A stretch of 63,922 nucleotides of DNA, filler included, from a bacterium (GTDB lineage: Bacteria; JAMORN01), in NCBI GenBank assembly GCA_027063545.1. It is 14 parts of 14 records of this genome, joined end to end, with 100 filler letters (N's around TTAATTAATTAA, not from the genome) between each part and the next. Parts side by side here need not be neighbours in the genome. Positions count along the whole stretch, not along the records: positions 40,436 to 55,820 come from JAMORN010000330.1; positions 55,921 to 58,545 come from JAMORN010000331.1; positions 58,646 to 61,264 come from JAMORN010000332.1; positions 61,365 to 63,922 come from JAMORN010000334.1; 10 more parts are not named here. One strand, given 5' to 3'. The stretch's first letter is position 1, and every line of letters starts with the position of its first letter. The translations under genes and the position numbers were made by a program. A model generated the notes under the pieces. That model ran no database searches, was not told where the DNA came from, and saw only the letters and a program-made list of their open reading frames with translations. Positions 51,401 through 62,079 of this stretch are shown here, piece after piece.

Positions 51401-52643
51401 AAATAATAGCGGATAAAATAAAACCTAAAATAATATACATACTAAGAGTTATAGATCCTCCATAACTCATTAAAACAAGAGGTAGTCCTGTCACAGGCAT
51501 AATACCTATTGTCATACCAATATTTATAAAGAGATGATATACAATATAAGTAGCAAAACCAATAAGATATAAGTTAACAAACTCATCTCTAGAGTTTTTT
51601 ACTATAGAGATTATTTTAAATACTATTAAAAAGTAAAGTAGTAAAAGAATAATAGCCCCAATAAATCCAAATTGTTCTGAATATGTAGCAAATATAAAGT
51701 CTGTATGTTGTTCCGGCAAATAATCTAAACGTATTTGAGTGGAATTTAGCCAACCTTTTCCAAATAGTCCTCCACTACCAACAGCAATTTTTGATTGTAT
51801 TACTTGATATCCAGCTCCATAAGGATCAGCAGACGGATTAATAAAGGTAACAATACGCTTTTTTTGGTAATCTTTAAGGGAATTCCATAATGATGATGTT
51901 AAAATACCAATTATAGTGTTAATAATAATTAATGATATACCTATCCATTTAGCCTTAGTTTTTTTTATAAAATTAGGAATAAGAATAAAGGAAAATATTA
52001 CAAAGTAAATCAACCAAAATATCCATAATTTATAGACAATAAATCCTAAAATAGATATAAAACTAGTTATAAAAGGGGAATATATAATAATTATATCAAT
52101 AATAGAAAGTCCTGCCCAATAGAGCATTAGAGGAGGAATAACAAAAAAAACTGTAGATGTTCCCAAATCTGGTTGTTTTATTATAAGAGCAGCAGGGATA
52201 GAGGTTATTAACCCTACAACAAATAAATGTTTCATTAATTCTTTAAATTTTTTTACGCTTAATTTTTTATCATTTAAATATTTAGCAATAGCAAGAATTG
52301 TAGTAATTTTAGCAAATTCAGAAGGTTGGATTTTTATAGGTCCTAAAACAAACCATCTAGAAACTCCATGGGATACAATATTAAAAGCAAGAAGAATAAC
52401 TAATAAAAACACAGAGATTCCATATAATATATATGCTATATTAGAAAAGAATGTTGGCGGAAAAGAAGCAATAATTATTGATATTATAATTCCTAATATC
52501 GTCCATATAAGTTGTTTAATATGAAAACTATAATGAAGCATTTTTTCGTCATAAAAAATAGCAGAATATATAGTAAAAATACTAATAATGCTAACAAATA
52601 TGAATAAAAAGAATATTGATATATCTATATTTTTATCTTTCAT
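51381..52643 (-). CDS. rodA: Rod shape-determining SEDS protein RodA
   Basis: QPSEFAK, QPDLGT, GYQVIQSKIAVGSGG, PEQHTDFIF, P.TGLPL..SYGGS; follows mrdA. Confidence 0.95.
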   Translation of the reverse strand: MKDKNIDISIFFLFIFVSIISIFTIYSAIFYDEKMLHYSFHIKQLIWTILGIIISIIIASFPPTFFSNIAYILYGISVFLLVILLAFNIVSHGVSRWFVLGPIKIQPSEFAKITTILAIAKYLNDKKLSVKKFKELMKHLFVVGLITSIPAALIIKQPDLGTSTVFFVIPPLMLYWAGLSIIDIIIIYSPFITSFISILGFIVYKLWIFWLIYFVIFSFILIPNFIKKTKAKWIGISLIIINTIIGILTSSLWNSLKDYQKKRIVTFINPSADPYGAGYQVIQSKIAVGSGGLFGKGWLNSTQIRLDYLPEQHTDFIFATYSEQFGFIGAIILLLLYFLIVFKIISIVKNSRDEFVNLYLIGFATYIVYHLFINIGMTIGIMPVTGLPLVLMSYGGSITLSMYIILGFILSAIIYENKVK

Positions 52644-54475
52644 TTTATTTTAAAATACTCTTTTAAAATTTTATTTACAATAGGAGCTGCAACAGAGCCT
52701 CCATGACCTGCTTCTTCTATTACACAACTAAAAGCTATTAATGGTACGCTATCCTTTTCTACCCAACCAATAAACAAAGCAGTTGTTGGTTTACCAGGAA
52801 TTGTTTGGCTGGATCCAGTTTTACCATATACTATATATGGAAAGGGTAGCTTTGCTTTTTTAGCTGTACCTTTATCCCCATTGACAACTAAATACATACC
52901 TTCTTTGACTTTTTTAATATACTTATGTTTTATTTCTATACTTTTTTTAATAGTTGGTGTTTTTTGCCAAATTACATATCCAGAATCATTCATTACTTTT
53001 TTTACAATAAATGGCTCATATACAAATTTACCATTGGCTAAAGCAGAAGCAAAGACTGCTAATTGTATAGGTGTACTTAAAGCACCTTGTCCTATTGAGG
53101 TATTAAGAAGCATTCCTTGAGTCCATATCCATCCTTTTTTACGATACATTTTGTTATAAAGTTCTGGGGTGATTATATAACCAGATTTTTCTCCTGGAAG
53201 ATCAATCCCTGTTTTTTCATCAAAGCCAAACATATCTGCTATATTTTTTATTTTTTCTATACCTAATTTAACTCCTAAAGGATAAAAAAATACATTACAA
53301 GATTGTTCTATTGCGTGATATAAATTTAATTTTCCATGACCTGTTTTTTTCCAGCATTTATAGTACCTATTACCAAATTTATATTTACCTCTACAAATAA
53401 CTGTTGTATTATCATTTAATAGATTATATTCAAGGCCAGACAAGGCTGTTACTATCTTAAAAGTAGAACCGGGAGGGTATAGCCCACTTATAGCTCTATT
53501 ATTTAAAGGTTTATTTGGATTTTTAATGAGTTTTACCCATTTTTTTGTCCTAAATTTTTTTGGAAGATTAAAAATATTTGGATCGTATGATGGTTTACTT
53601 ACTAGAGCAAGTATTTCTCCATTTGTTGGATTTATAGCTATAAAACTACCTCTAAGTGTATCAGGAATTGCTTTATAGGCGATTTTTTGAAGTCTATAAT
53701 CTATGGTTGTATATAAATTATATCCTTTTTGAGGTTCTTTATTTGGTTGTCCTTTTAATATTCTTATTTTTTTTCCTAATGCATTTACTTCTATAAAATA
53801 GAACCCATCTTTGCCTCTTAAAAAATCTTCATACTCTTTTTCTAAACCTATATATCCAATCTTATCACCCAGTTTATATTTACCTTTATATTTTTTTAAA
53901 TATTCTTCATGAATACTTGCTACATAACCTGTTATATGAGCAAGGGTATCTTTATATATATAATATCTTTTAAGCTCTGGGGATATAACAACTCCTGGTA
54001 AATCTTTTGAATGCTCTTCAACTTTAGATATTGTATAAAAGTCTATGTTTTCTATTATAGGATATTGGTCCAAAGGAGACACATAATATCTTTTTTTCCA
54101 TAATTTATAAAGCTCTTTTTTTGATATATAGACTTCACCTTCTCTATTTTTTAATGATAAAATAAATTCAAATACTCTCTTTCTTTTTTCTTTATTTTTT
54201 TTACCAGCAAGATTATAGGGAATAATATTAAGGTTATAAGAGGATATATTTGTAACTAATAGAACACCATTTCTATCGTATATTTCTCCCCTAATTCCCT
54301 TAAGTCTAACTTTTCTCATTTGATTTTTAACACTGATTTTAGAATAATAGTCGTATTTTATTATTTGATGATATATTAAACCAAAAAATAAAATCCAAAA
54401 AGGGATTGTTAAAATAATAAGAATTTTATTAGCTTTAGAAGCCCTTTCTTTTTGGAGTTTAGAAAAGTATTTCAT
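52640..54475 (-). CDS. mrdA: Penicillin-binding protein 2
   Basis: RGEIYDRNG, YPPGSTFK (SxxK), SCN (SxN), KTG. Confidence 0.95.
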   Translation of the reverse strand: MKYFSKLQKERASKANKILIILTIPFWILFFGLIYHQIIKYDYYSKISVKNQMRKVRLKGIRGEIYDRNGVLLVTNISSYNLNIIPYNLAGKKNKEKRKRVFEFILSLKNREGEVYISKKELYKLWKKRYYVSPLDQYPIIENIDFYTISKVEEHSKDLPGVVISPELKRYYIYKDTLAHITGYVASIHEEYLKKYKGKYKLGDKIGYIGLEKEYEDFLRGKDGFYFIEVNALGKKIRILKGQPNKEPQKGYNLYTTIDYRLQKIAYKAIPDTLRGSFIAINPTNGEILALVSKPSYDPNIFNLPKKFRTKKWVKLIKNPNKPLNNRAISGLYPPGSTFKIVTALSGLEYNLLNDNTTVICRGKYKFGNRYYKCWKKTGHGKLNLYHAIEQSCNVFFYPLGVKLGIEKIKNIADMFGFDEKTGIDLPGEKSGYIITPELYNKMYRKKGWIWTQGMLLNTSIGQGALSTPIQLAVFASALANGKFVYEPFIVKKVMNDSGYVIWQKTPTIKKSIEIKHKYIKKVKEGMYLVVNGDKGTAKKAKLPFPYIVYGKTGSSQTIPGKPTTALFIGWVEKDSVPLIAFSCVIEEAGHGGSVAAPIVNKILKEYFKIK

Positions 54476-54939
54476 CCTTTTTTCACTAGTTTTGAAATAA
54501 TTAAATAGATAATTGTGTTTAAAATAATATTAATAAAGATAAATTTCATATCAATATTAACACTTATATTTGCTATAAATTTTAGTACATTCAATAGAAT
54601 TAGATAAAAAAAGTAAACAATAAAAAATAAAAGTGCTTTAGAAAATACACCTAGTGATAAGTACCTTTTATTAAAAAATCCAATTATATATCCAAATAAG
54701 GAATTAGATAAAGAGTATATTGCAATATTAGATTGGGTTATTAGATCCATAAATATACCTGAAAAAAAACCAAACCAAAGTCCTTTAAAAGATGAAGTTT
54801 CTCGAGCTATTATAAAAATAGAGATAAAGACTATATTAATAAAAATACTGGATAATATACTATTTATGATAAGTTGAGCATAAAATACAGCAATAGCCAT
54901 TAATATTAAAATTAAAATAAAAAATATTTTTTTAATCAT
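54472..54939 (-). CDS. mreD: Rod shape-determining protein MreD
   Basis: Hydrophobic, GFFSG..D motif; lies between mreC and mrdA. Confidence 0.8.
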   Translation of the reverse strand: MIKKIFFILILILMAIAVFYAQLIINSILSSIFINIVFISIFIIARETSSFKGLWFGFFSGIFMDLITQSNIAIYSLSNSLFGYIIGFFNKRYLSLGVFSKALLFFIVYFFYLILLNVLKFIANISVNIDMKFIFINIILNTIIYLIISKLVKKG

Positions 54940-55718
54940 ATTTCCCTTTTTATTATAAAAACATCCTGTATATTTTTTAAGTTCACAAAAATTTTCACTT
55001 TTATAAGAGGATAATAACTAAATTTCTGTTTTTTTATTTCATAAATTTTTCCTATAGGAATCCCTTTAGGGAAAATCCCACCTAGTCCAGAGGAATAAAT
55101 GGTATCACCCACTGAAAATTTAGAAGCATCTTCAACAAGTTCTATAGAAAATGAGTTTTCTTCTTTGAGTTTAGATAAAATTCCATACCCGCCTTTTTTA
55201 TTGAATATACTTATTTTTATATTAGGAGATGATATTAATTCAACAATTGATGTTTTGGAAGATACTTTAGTAGTAATTCCAATAATACCTTTTGTGTTTA
55301 TAACAGCCATATCAGGTTTTATGGAATCATCTATACCCTTATCAACGATTATATAATCGGATAGCAAATCAGGATGATAGGATAATACTTTTCCTAAAAT
55401 TAGAGTGTATTTTTCATTTTCTTTATAATTTAGCATTTTTTTAAGATTTCTATTTTCTATAACTAAATAATTATTATAAAAGTTTAATAAGGTTAATTCT
55501 GCGACCATAGAGTTTAATACTTTATTTTCTTTATAAATATCATCAATACTTTTTACTATGTTGATAAAATTTAAAACAGGATTTATAAGATCATTCATGT
55601 AGTAGACTATATAGGAAAATTTAAAACTTTGAAAATTAATAGAAAATAAGATAATAAAAATAAGAGAAATTAAACCTTTATATTTCTTTAGAAACTCCTT
55701 AATTATAAGTAAAAGCAT
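54936..55718 (-). CDS. mreC: Rod shape-determining protein MreC
   Basis: TM, coiled coil EN..L, DKG..D, GD...SSGLGGIFPKGIPIG. Confidence 0.9.
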   Translation of the reverse strand: MLLLIIKEFLKKYKGLISLIFIILFSINFQSFKFSYIVYYMNDLINPVLNFINIVKSIDDIYKENKVLNSMVAELTLLNFYNNYLVIENRNLKKMLNYKENEKYTLILGKVLSYHPDLLSDYIIVDKGIDDSIKPDMAVINTKGIIGITTKVSSKTSIVELISSPNIKISIFNKKGGYGILSKLKEENSFSIELVEDASKFSVGDTIYSSGLGGIFPKGIPIGKIYEIKKQKFSYYPLIKVKIFVNLKNIQDVFIIKREI

Positions 55719-55744
55719 AGTAACTAAATATATTTTATAGTTTT

Positions 55745-55820
55745 TTAATGTAAAGGTAATAATAAACTAGAATATTTATCAATATTTTCTAAAACTTTTG
55801 CAGAACCTTTCACAACACAA
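55745..55820 (-). CDS. mreB: C-terminus of MreB (5' truncated)
   Basis: Reads CVVKGSAKVLENIDKYSSLLLPLH* directly upstream of mreC. Confidence 0.75.
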
Positions 55821-55920
55821 NNNNNNNNNNNNNNNNNNNNNNNNNNNNNNNNNNNNNNNNNNNNTTAATTAATTAANNNNNNNNNNNNNNNNNNNNNNNN
55901 NNNNNNNNNNNNNNNNNNNN

Positions 55921-56502
55921 ATTATTAGTATTGCAATCGCTTAAACTAACTCCGTTAAATCCACAATCCATTGCTGCTCTAAATATATTTGCTAATGCTT
56001 CTACATTAATAGATGTAACACTTTCTTTTGTTACAAATTTTTCATCAACATATGTTTTGTCGGCTTTACTGTCTATTATGTTTTCAATATTATCAATTTC
56101 TGTTTCAATATTGCTAATTTCTTCCTGAATCCCATTAATTGTATCATTTGAAGTTAAATTGGATAATTGTGATTCTATATCATCAAGTCTTTTGTTTTGT
56201 TGTTGATTTTGTGATTCAACATCAGCTAGTCTTGAACTAATATCTGAAATATTGTTTTCAATATCTGTAAGTCTAGTTAAAATATTAGTAAGCTGAGTGA
56301 TAATATTTTGCGCTACATCAAATTCCTCAGTATCAGGGTCGGCATCAAGAATACTTTCAATGGTTTTTATTCTGTTTTGAAGTTCCTTAATGTCTACATT
56401 TTCTAGGGCAAGTATACTGTTTATTTCTGTCTTTATCTTGTCCCCAACCTGCCAACCAAAATGTTGCGCAACAAGCTGTAACAATTGTTGAATTTCGTTC
56501 AT
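55921..56502 (-). CDS. Coiled-coil protein, probably phage structural/fibre-like (3' truncated)
   Basis: ATG at 56502 after AAAGGAGA; long heptad repeats and a KADKTYVD motif reminiscent of phage fibre proteins. Confidence 0.6.
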
Positions 56503-56587
56503 ATTATCTCCTTTAATTTTAGTTTTCATTATTATTTTACTTAAAAATAGAAAAAAGTAAATTATTACTATAAAAAAACACGAATCA

Positions 56588-57763
56588 TCAGTGATGTGAG
56601 CTAGTACCATATATATCTATATAGAATCCTTTGCCGCCTACATGCATATCTATATAGTCTGTGGCAGTGATTTCATATTTATCAACAGACAATACGGCAT
56701 CTCTTAGTAATAACGTTAATTTTGGGTTTAATATTGCTAGAGAGGTTTCTCCTTCATTAACATAAAAAGCATTGTTTACAAAAATCTTGTTAAATTTCAT
56801 TTCTGAAATATTTGTTTTAAGAATATCTGTATTATTTAATTTTATATGTTTTGCTGATATTTCAATACGATTTCCATCAAGAGTTATTGCTTTAAAATAA
56901 GTAACATAATATATTTCACCAAAAAAAGAAATTGAGATATTTGAATTGTATGGAGTTTTTGATAAAACTAAATCAAATTCAATAATTACATCAGGATTTA
57001 TTTTTAGTGCATTAAGTTCTTCTGTTAATTTGGAAAAATTTGTTCTAACATCATCTAAATAATCTGATGCAAAAGAAGGGTCTATAGCAATTAATTCAAC
57101 ATAAGAACCTATACCAACGCCTTTTATTTTATATACCTCAGATATAGATATTAGTTGAGCTCCATACTTGCCCATAATTTCAGCAAAAGAATTCGTAGAT
57201 TTAACTATTATCTTTCCAATATCTTGTATAGATTTTAGATGCAGTAAATCATCTCTTACTTTTCCTATTAAAAATTCAAACGAAATCTTTTTATCAAAAG
57301 AAAAACCTTTTATTAATGGACCCTCTATCAATGTGCCGCTTTCAAACTTTCTAATACTAGTATCATTTTTTATAGCTACATAATTAACATAATCAACCCC
57401 CATATATGCAATATCTGAACCAATAGCCAGAGAACCCGAATTTAATAAATCAAAATTTATAACAAAACTATCATTTCCTATATCAAGTAAGGTAACACCT
57501 GTAATAAAATCTCCTGCAACAGTAGTGTAAAAAGGGGATTCCAAATAAGTAAACAAACTTTGGTTATATGATGTTTTATGGGTCAAATAATATCTGCCAA
57601 AATCATCTTTCATAACATATACAATATCGTCTTCATTTATTTTTTCAGACCCTAATACAGCTTTTATATAACCACCACTATCTAATTTAACATCTGCTTT
57701 TATTGTGTTTGTTGAATCAATAAAAACATTTACCACTTTGCCAATACCAATTTTTTTGCCCAC
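56588..57763 (-). CDS. Hypothetical protein, possible phage baseplate spike (gpV/gp5-like)
   Basis: N-terminal GKVV..V.V....D.VYV OB-fold-like pattern; C-terminal short beta-strand repeats ending in HH. Confidence 0.4.
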   Translation of the reverse strand: MGKKIGIGKVVNVFIDSTNTIKADVKLDSGGYIKAVLGSEKINEDDIVYVMKDDFGRYYLTHKTSYNQSLFTYLESPFYTTVAGDFITGVTLLDIGNDSFVINFDLLNSGSLAIGSDIAYMGVDYVNYVAIKNDTSIRKFESGTLIEGPLIKGFSFDKKISFEFLIGKVRDDLLHLKSIQDIGKIIVKSTNSFAEIMGKYGAQLISISEVYKIKGVGIGSYVELIAIDPSFASDYLDDVRTNFSKLTEELNALKINPDVIIEFDLVLSKTPYNSNISISFFGEIYYVTYFKAITLDGNRIEISAKHIKLNNTDILKTNISEMKFNKIFVNNAFYVNEGETSLAILNPKLTLLLRDAVLSVDKYEITATDYIDMHVGGKGFYIDIYGTSSHH

Positions 57764-57766
57764 AAA

Positions 57767-58545
57767 TTACCTTTGGATAGATATTATTTTCTCAGTTCCA
57801 TTAGGCAATATTCCATATACTGAATCAATTGCTCCACTGTCTTTGAAGGCTTCAAAAACATCGTCAAATATATGTTCTTGAACTGTTACACTATCTCCAT
57901 TGTTTAAATTTATTCTTATTCCAGCATATTCATTATATGGATATGAAGTGGTTTTGTGTTTTTTTCTCATTTTTATTCTTTTATTTCCAAAAGCGTCTAT
58001 ATTTTCCGATTCCATTTGATTCATAGCTTCTTTTACTAATATTTCTCTATGTTTTAATTTGTTCAAAACAGGATATCTGTCTTCAGAGGCCATTTTAATA
58101 ACCGGAGCAATATGTGGTTGTGCACACCCTTCCAATAAAGACAATAATCTAATCATTGTTTTTAAAGTGTCATACTTGGTTAGAGAAGAATATGTATATT
58201 CATCTATATTGCTTAATAAACCTATTATCTCAGATGGTCTTAATAAAATATTATTTGTTTTAATAAAATTACTCAATATAGGCATAGGTATTTGTTTCAT
58301 TTCTCTAATATCAGAATAGTTGAGAGGATTTGATACTGCCCACGCATCTATTCTTTTTTTTAATTCTGCTATTTTAGAAAGAGCTTTTTTTTGGGGCATT
58401 AACCTTTCACTATTATCAGATGCTACTTTTTGAAATAATGCATACCCCTGAGTATCAGCAGGTCTTCTTACTATAGAAATATCAAAGAAATTTAAAGGAG
58501 GATGGTTTATAGCAAAAACTCTTACACCATTAGGCATTATTTGAT
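57767..58545 (-). CDS. Hypothetical protein, possible phage prohead protease C-terminal part (5' truncated)
   Basis: Frame open to contig edge; FFDISIVRRPAD resembles the (E/D)xSxVxxPA serine motif of HK97/assemblin-type maturation proteases. Confidence 0.45.
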
Positions 58546-58645
58546 NNNNNNNNNNNNNNNNNNNNNNNNNNNNNNNNNNNNNNNNNNNNTTAATTAATTA
58601 ANNNNNNNNNNNNNNNNNNNNNNNNNNNNNNNNNNNNNNNNNNNN

Positions 58646-59659
58646 GATGGAGCAATAGTAATGCTAAATGATATAACAAAAGAGAAGGTTATTTTAAGAG
58701 AATTAGAAAATTCCCTTAAAAATATTATATTAGAATTACATAGTACTAATAACTCATTAGTAAATTCTATAAAGAGAAGTGTAGAAAATTTGGAATCTTT
58801 ATATCAACATTTATATAATGTTATTTATGATTTAGATGATATTGAAAAATCAACAGAAGATACATTAGATTCAGCTATTAATACTAAAACAAAAATTTTA
58901 TCATTATCAAATGGGATTAATGGTTATAATAAAAAATTAGAGGAAGAAAAATCTATTGTTGAAGAAAGTTATGTTAAGTTAAAAAATAGTATAGAATATA
59001 TTGAATCTACAATTTCCTATTTTGATGAATTAAAAGATGCTATATTAAATAGATTTATAGTTATAAAATCTAGTTTTGAAGAGATTATAAAAATAAGCAA
59101 TGGATTATCAAATATAACAGAAAATACAAAGATTTTATCTTTAAATGCTTCTATTGAAGCTGCAGCTTCTGAGAGTGGAGCAGGTTTTAGAGTAATAGCA
59201 CAAGAAATAAAAAATTTGGCTCATAGTTCTCAGAATTTAATAGATAATATTTTATCTAAAATAGAGGAGGTTGATAATGAAATTTCTAAAGGTGAAAAGG
59301 AAATAAAACATACTTTAATGAAATTAAAGGATAATAGTAATAATACTATTGATTATTTAAAATCTATAGAGAATTTTATAAATAAAGTTATTTTATCTTA
59401 TTCTGATCTAATAAATAATTTTAGCATCATAAATAATGATTTTGAAAATGTCAAATCTCAAGTAGATAAAATAGAAGAAAAGTGTGATATAATAAATAAA
59501 AAAGTGGTTGAAATAAATGATATAGTTGAAATAAGTGGTGATATAATGAAAGATACAAAAAAGTCTATAACAGAAGTTTATGAAATAGAAAATAAACTAA
59601 GTGAGTTAATAGAAACTTTAAAAAAGCGCTATGGAGAAATAAAAAGATTATTTACTTAA
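58646..59659 (+). CDS. Methyl-accepting chemotaxis protein signalling domain (5' truncated)
   Basis: ITENTKILSLNASIEAA...GFRVIAQEIKNLA within long coiled coils. Confidence 0.85.
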   Translation, partial: DGAIVMLNDITKEKVILRELENSLKNIILELHSTNNSLVNSIKRSVENLESLYQHLYNVIYDLDDIEKSTEDTLDSAINTKTKILSLSNGINGYNKKLEEEKSIVEESYVKLKNSIEYIESTISYFDELKDAILNRFIVIKSSFEEIIKISNGLSNITENTKILSLNASIEAAASESGAGFRVIAQEIKNLAHSSQNLIDNILSKIEEVDNEISKGEKEIKHTLMKLKDNSNNTIDYLKSIENFINKVILSYSDLINNFSIINNDFENVKSQVDKIEEKCDIINKKVVEINDIVEISGDIMKDTKKSITEVYEIENKLSELIETLKKRYGEIKRLFT

Positions 59660-60934
59660 ATTATTTCTATATTTATTATATCCTTTTATTCTATCTATAA
59701 TATTTTTTCTTTCTTTAAGCTTTTTTTCAAAGCCACTTTCTTTAGGAATATATAGTTCTATATTATAAAACTCTTCTGGAAGGCATTTTTGATCAGAAAT
59801 AAAATTGGGATAATTATGATCATATTTATAGTCTTTTTTATATCCCAAATCTTTTAAAAGTTTTGTAGGAGCGTTTCTTAAGAATAATGGGATTTCTATA
59901 CTTGGATTTTTTTCTATAATTTCTAAGGCTTTTAGTTGTGCACTTTCTACAGAATTAGATTTTGGAGAAAGAGCAAGATAGATTGCAAGAAAATAAATAG
60001 CAATGTCACCTTCTGGTGATCCAAGTATTTCATATGCTTTATACGAGTTTATAGCAATATTTATAGCGGTAGGATCAGCAAGTCCAATATCTTCCATAGC
60101 TGTTCTTATAAGTCTTCTTAATATATATCTAGGATCCTCCCCAGATTTTAACATTTTAGATATCCATAAAATAGTTGCATCTACATCAGATGACCTTATA
60201 CTTTTTTGAATAGCGGATATAAGTTCATAATGATCATCTCCTGTTTTTTGATAATTGGGAATTAGTGTTATAGTTTCTTCAAATTCTTTTTCTGTTTTAA
60301 TATCATTTATTAATACAATTTCAAGGAGCCTAAAAACTCTTCTTATATCTCCTATGGAATATTGGGCTATTTTTTCGATAATTTTTTCATTAATATTAAA
60401 GTTCATAGGTATTTTTTTAATAAATTTTTTTATAAAATCTTGAATCTCATCTTTAGATGGATATTTTAATTTTATAACAAAGCTTCTAGAAAGTAGAGGA
60501 GATATTATATAAAAAGAAGGATTTTCTGTAGTTGCTGCAACTAAAATAAAAATTTCTTCTTCAACATATTTTAATAAACTATCCTGTTGAGATTTAGAAA
60601 GCCTGTGTATCTCATCAATAAATAGCACAGTTTTTGTATTAAATTTTTTTAGATTTTTAGCCTCTTTTGCAATAGAATGAATCTCTTTTGTTGATAAGTT
60701 AACAGAGTTTTTTTCGATAAAATTGCAATTAAATAGTTTTTTTATCAAACGTGCTGTGGTAGTTTTCCCTACCCCTGGAGGTCCCCATAGTATGATATGT
60801 CTTAGTATATTTTTTTTGTACATTTTATATAAAATTCCATTTTCTCCAAAAACATTTCTATTCCCCACTAAATCAGAAAAATTTTCGATAGTATGATACT
60901 TTTCGATGGGAATAATATTCTCTAAATTTTCCAT
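59648..60934 (-). CDS. rarA: Replication-associated recombination protein A
   Basis: WGPPGVGKTT, FIDEIHR, ATTENPSF, HYELISA..KSIR.SD, EDIGLAD, PKSNS, YKYDH. Confidence 0.94.
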   Translation of the reverse strand: MENLENIIPIEKYHTIENFSDLVGNRNVFGENGILYKMYKKNILRHIILWGPPGVGKTTTARLIKKLFNCNFIEKNSVNLSTKEIHSIAKEAKNLKKFNTKTVLFIDEIHRLSKSQQDSLLKYVEEEIFILVAATTENPSFYIISPLLSRSFVIKLKYPSKDEIQDFIKKFIKKIPMNFNINEKIIEKIAQYSIGDIRRVFRLLEIVLINDIKTEKEFEETITLIPNYQKTGDDHYELISAIQKSIRSSDVDATILWISKMLKSGEDPRYILRRLIRTAMEDIGLADPTAINIAINSYKAYEILGSPEGDIAIYFLAIYLALSPKSNSVESAQLKALEIIEKNPSIEIPLFLRNAPTKLLKDLGYKKDYKYDHNYPNFISDQKCLPEEFYNIELYIPKESGFEKKLKERKNIIDRIKGYNKYRNNLSK

Positions 60935-61010
60935 ACAAAAAAAAATAAATAATTAAATTTCAATTTTTGTAATAATTGAATTTTATTTTTTATAATTTTA
61001 TTTTAAAAAC

Positions 61011-61264
61011 ATGTATATACTAAGAGTAAAAGATAAATTTTCATCAGCCCATTTTATTGAGAGGTACCCAGGAAAGTGTTCCAATTTACATGGCCATAAT
61101 TGGTGGGTAGAGGTTGTTATTGTGGTTAATGAGCTTAATGATATAGGTATAAGTATAGATTTTGGTGATGCTAAAAAAGTCCTTAAAAGTCTAACAGATT
61201 ATTTAGACCATAAATTATTAAATGAATTAGAAGAGTTTAAAGGTATTAATCCTACAGCAGAAAA
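61011..61264 (+). CDS. queD: 6-carboxytetrahydropterin synthase (3' truncated)
   Basis: FSSAH, CSNLHGHNW, LDHK.LNE, NPTAE. Confidence 0.92.
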
Positions 61265-61364
61265 NNNNNNNNNNNNNNNNNNNNNNNNNNNNNNNNNNNN
61301 NNNNNNNNTTAATTAATTAANNNNNNNNNNNNNNNNNNNNNNNNNNNNNNNNNNNNNNNNNNNN

Positions 61365-61943
61365 AACTCTCTCCAATCCATGAATAATCCTTATTATATT
61401 ATATACTTCTTCTAAATCTTGTTCTTTATATATATCCGGATTTAAAAATCTTTTCAAAAGAGAAACTTTTAAATTATCTATTATATCATCCTTTTTTAAG
61501 ATTTCATATGCTAGTTTTGAATCCCCACTTATAAATGAATCAATAGAGCCTACAAGCATAGACCTTACCATATCTCCATATTCTACAATTGTTTTACAAA
61601 AACTTTCTGGAACTTCTTTATTTTTTAATAATTCTATAGCACTTTCAGCTATATTTACAGCTATATCCCCTATTCTTTCTAAATCATTATTTATTTTTAA
61701 AGCCATAACTATAACTCTTAATTCTTTTTCTTCAAATTCATGATTCATAATACCCCTAGTTCCTAATAATTCAATTTCATATTCATACTGATTCTCTATT
61801 TCCTCATCTTTTTCTATAACTTCTTTTAATAAAGTTAAGTCTTTATTTTTATATCCATTTAAACTCTTTTTTAACATTTTTTCTACTAAATTTGCACTTT
61901 CTACTAACTTCTTCTCTAACTCAATTATCTTATCACTAATCAT
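61365..61943 (-). CDS. phoU: Phosphate signalling protein PhoU (3' truncated)
   Basis: Two PhoU repeats: LKINNDLERIGD.A.NIAE and D..D...LER. Confidence 0.9.
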
Positions 61944-62079
61944 ATTTCTAATAATCCCCTTTTTAAAATTGATTAAATTTAATAACGTTATATACTAAAT
62001 TAAATAAAAATCAAAAAAAATCAAATCTTTTTTATTCCCATCTTATAACAAATTGTAAACTAGAAAATTAAAAAAGATT

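Noticed and set aside
56503-56610. N-terminal 36 residues of the tracked 245-aa ORF
   Set aside because: They overlap the upstream gene end; a strong AAAGGAGA RBS supports the ATG at 56502
60935-61010. preQ1 riboswitch upstream of queD
   Set aside because: The leader is almost pure A/T with no preQ1 stem or conserved loop; it looks like a divergent promoter region
61944-62079. Pho box upstream of phoU
   Set aside because: Only one weak TTTACA-like half-site; no convincing 11-bp direct repeat above the AT-rich background
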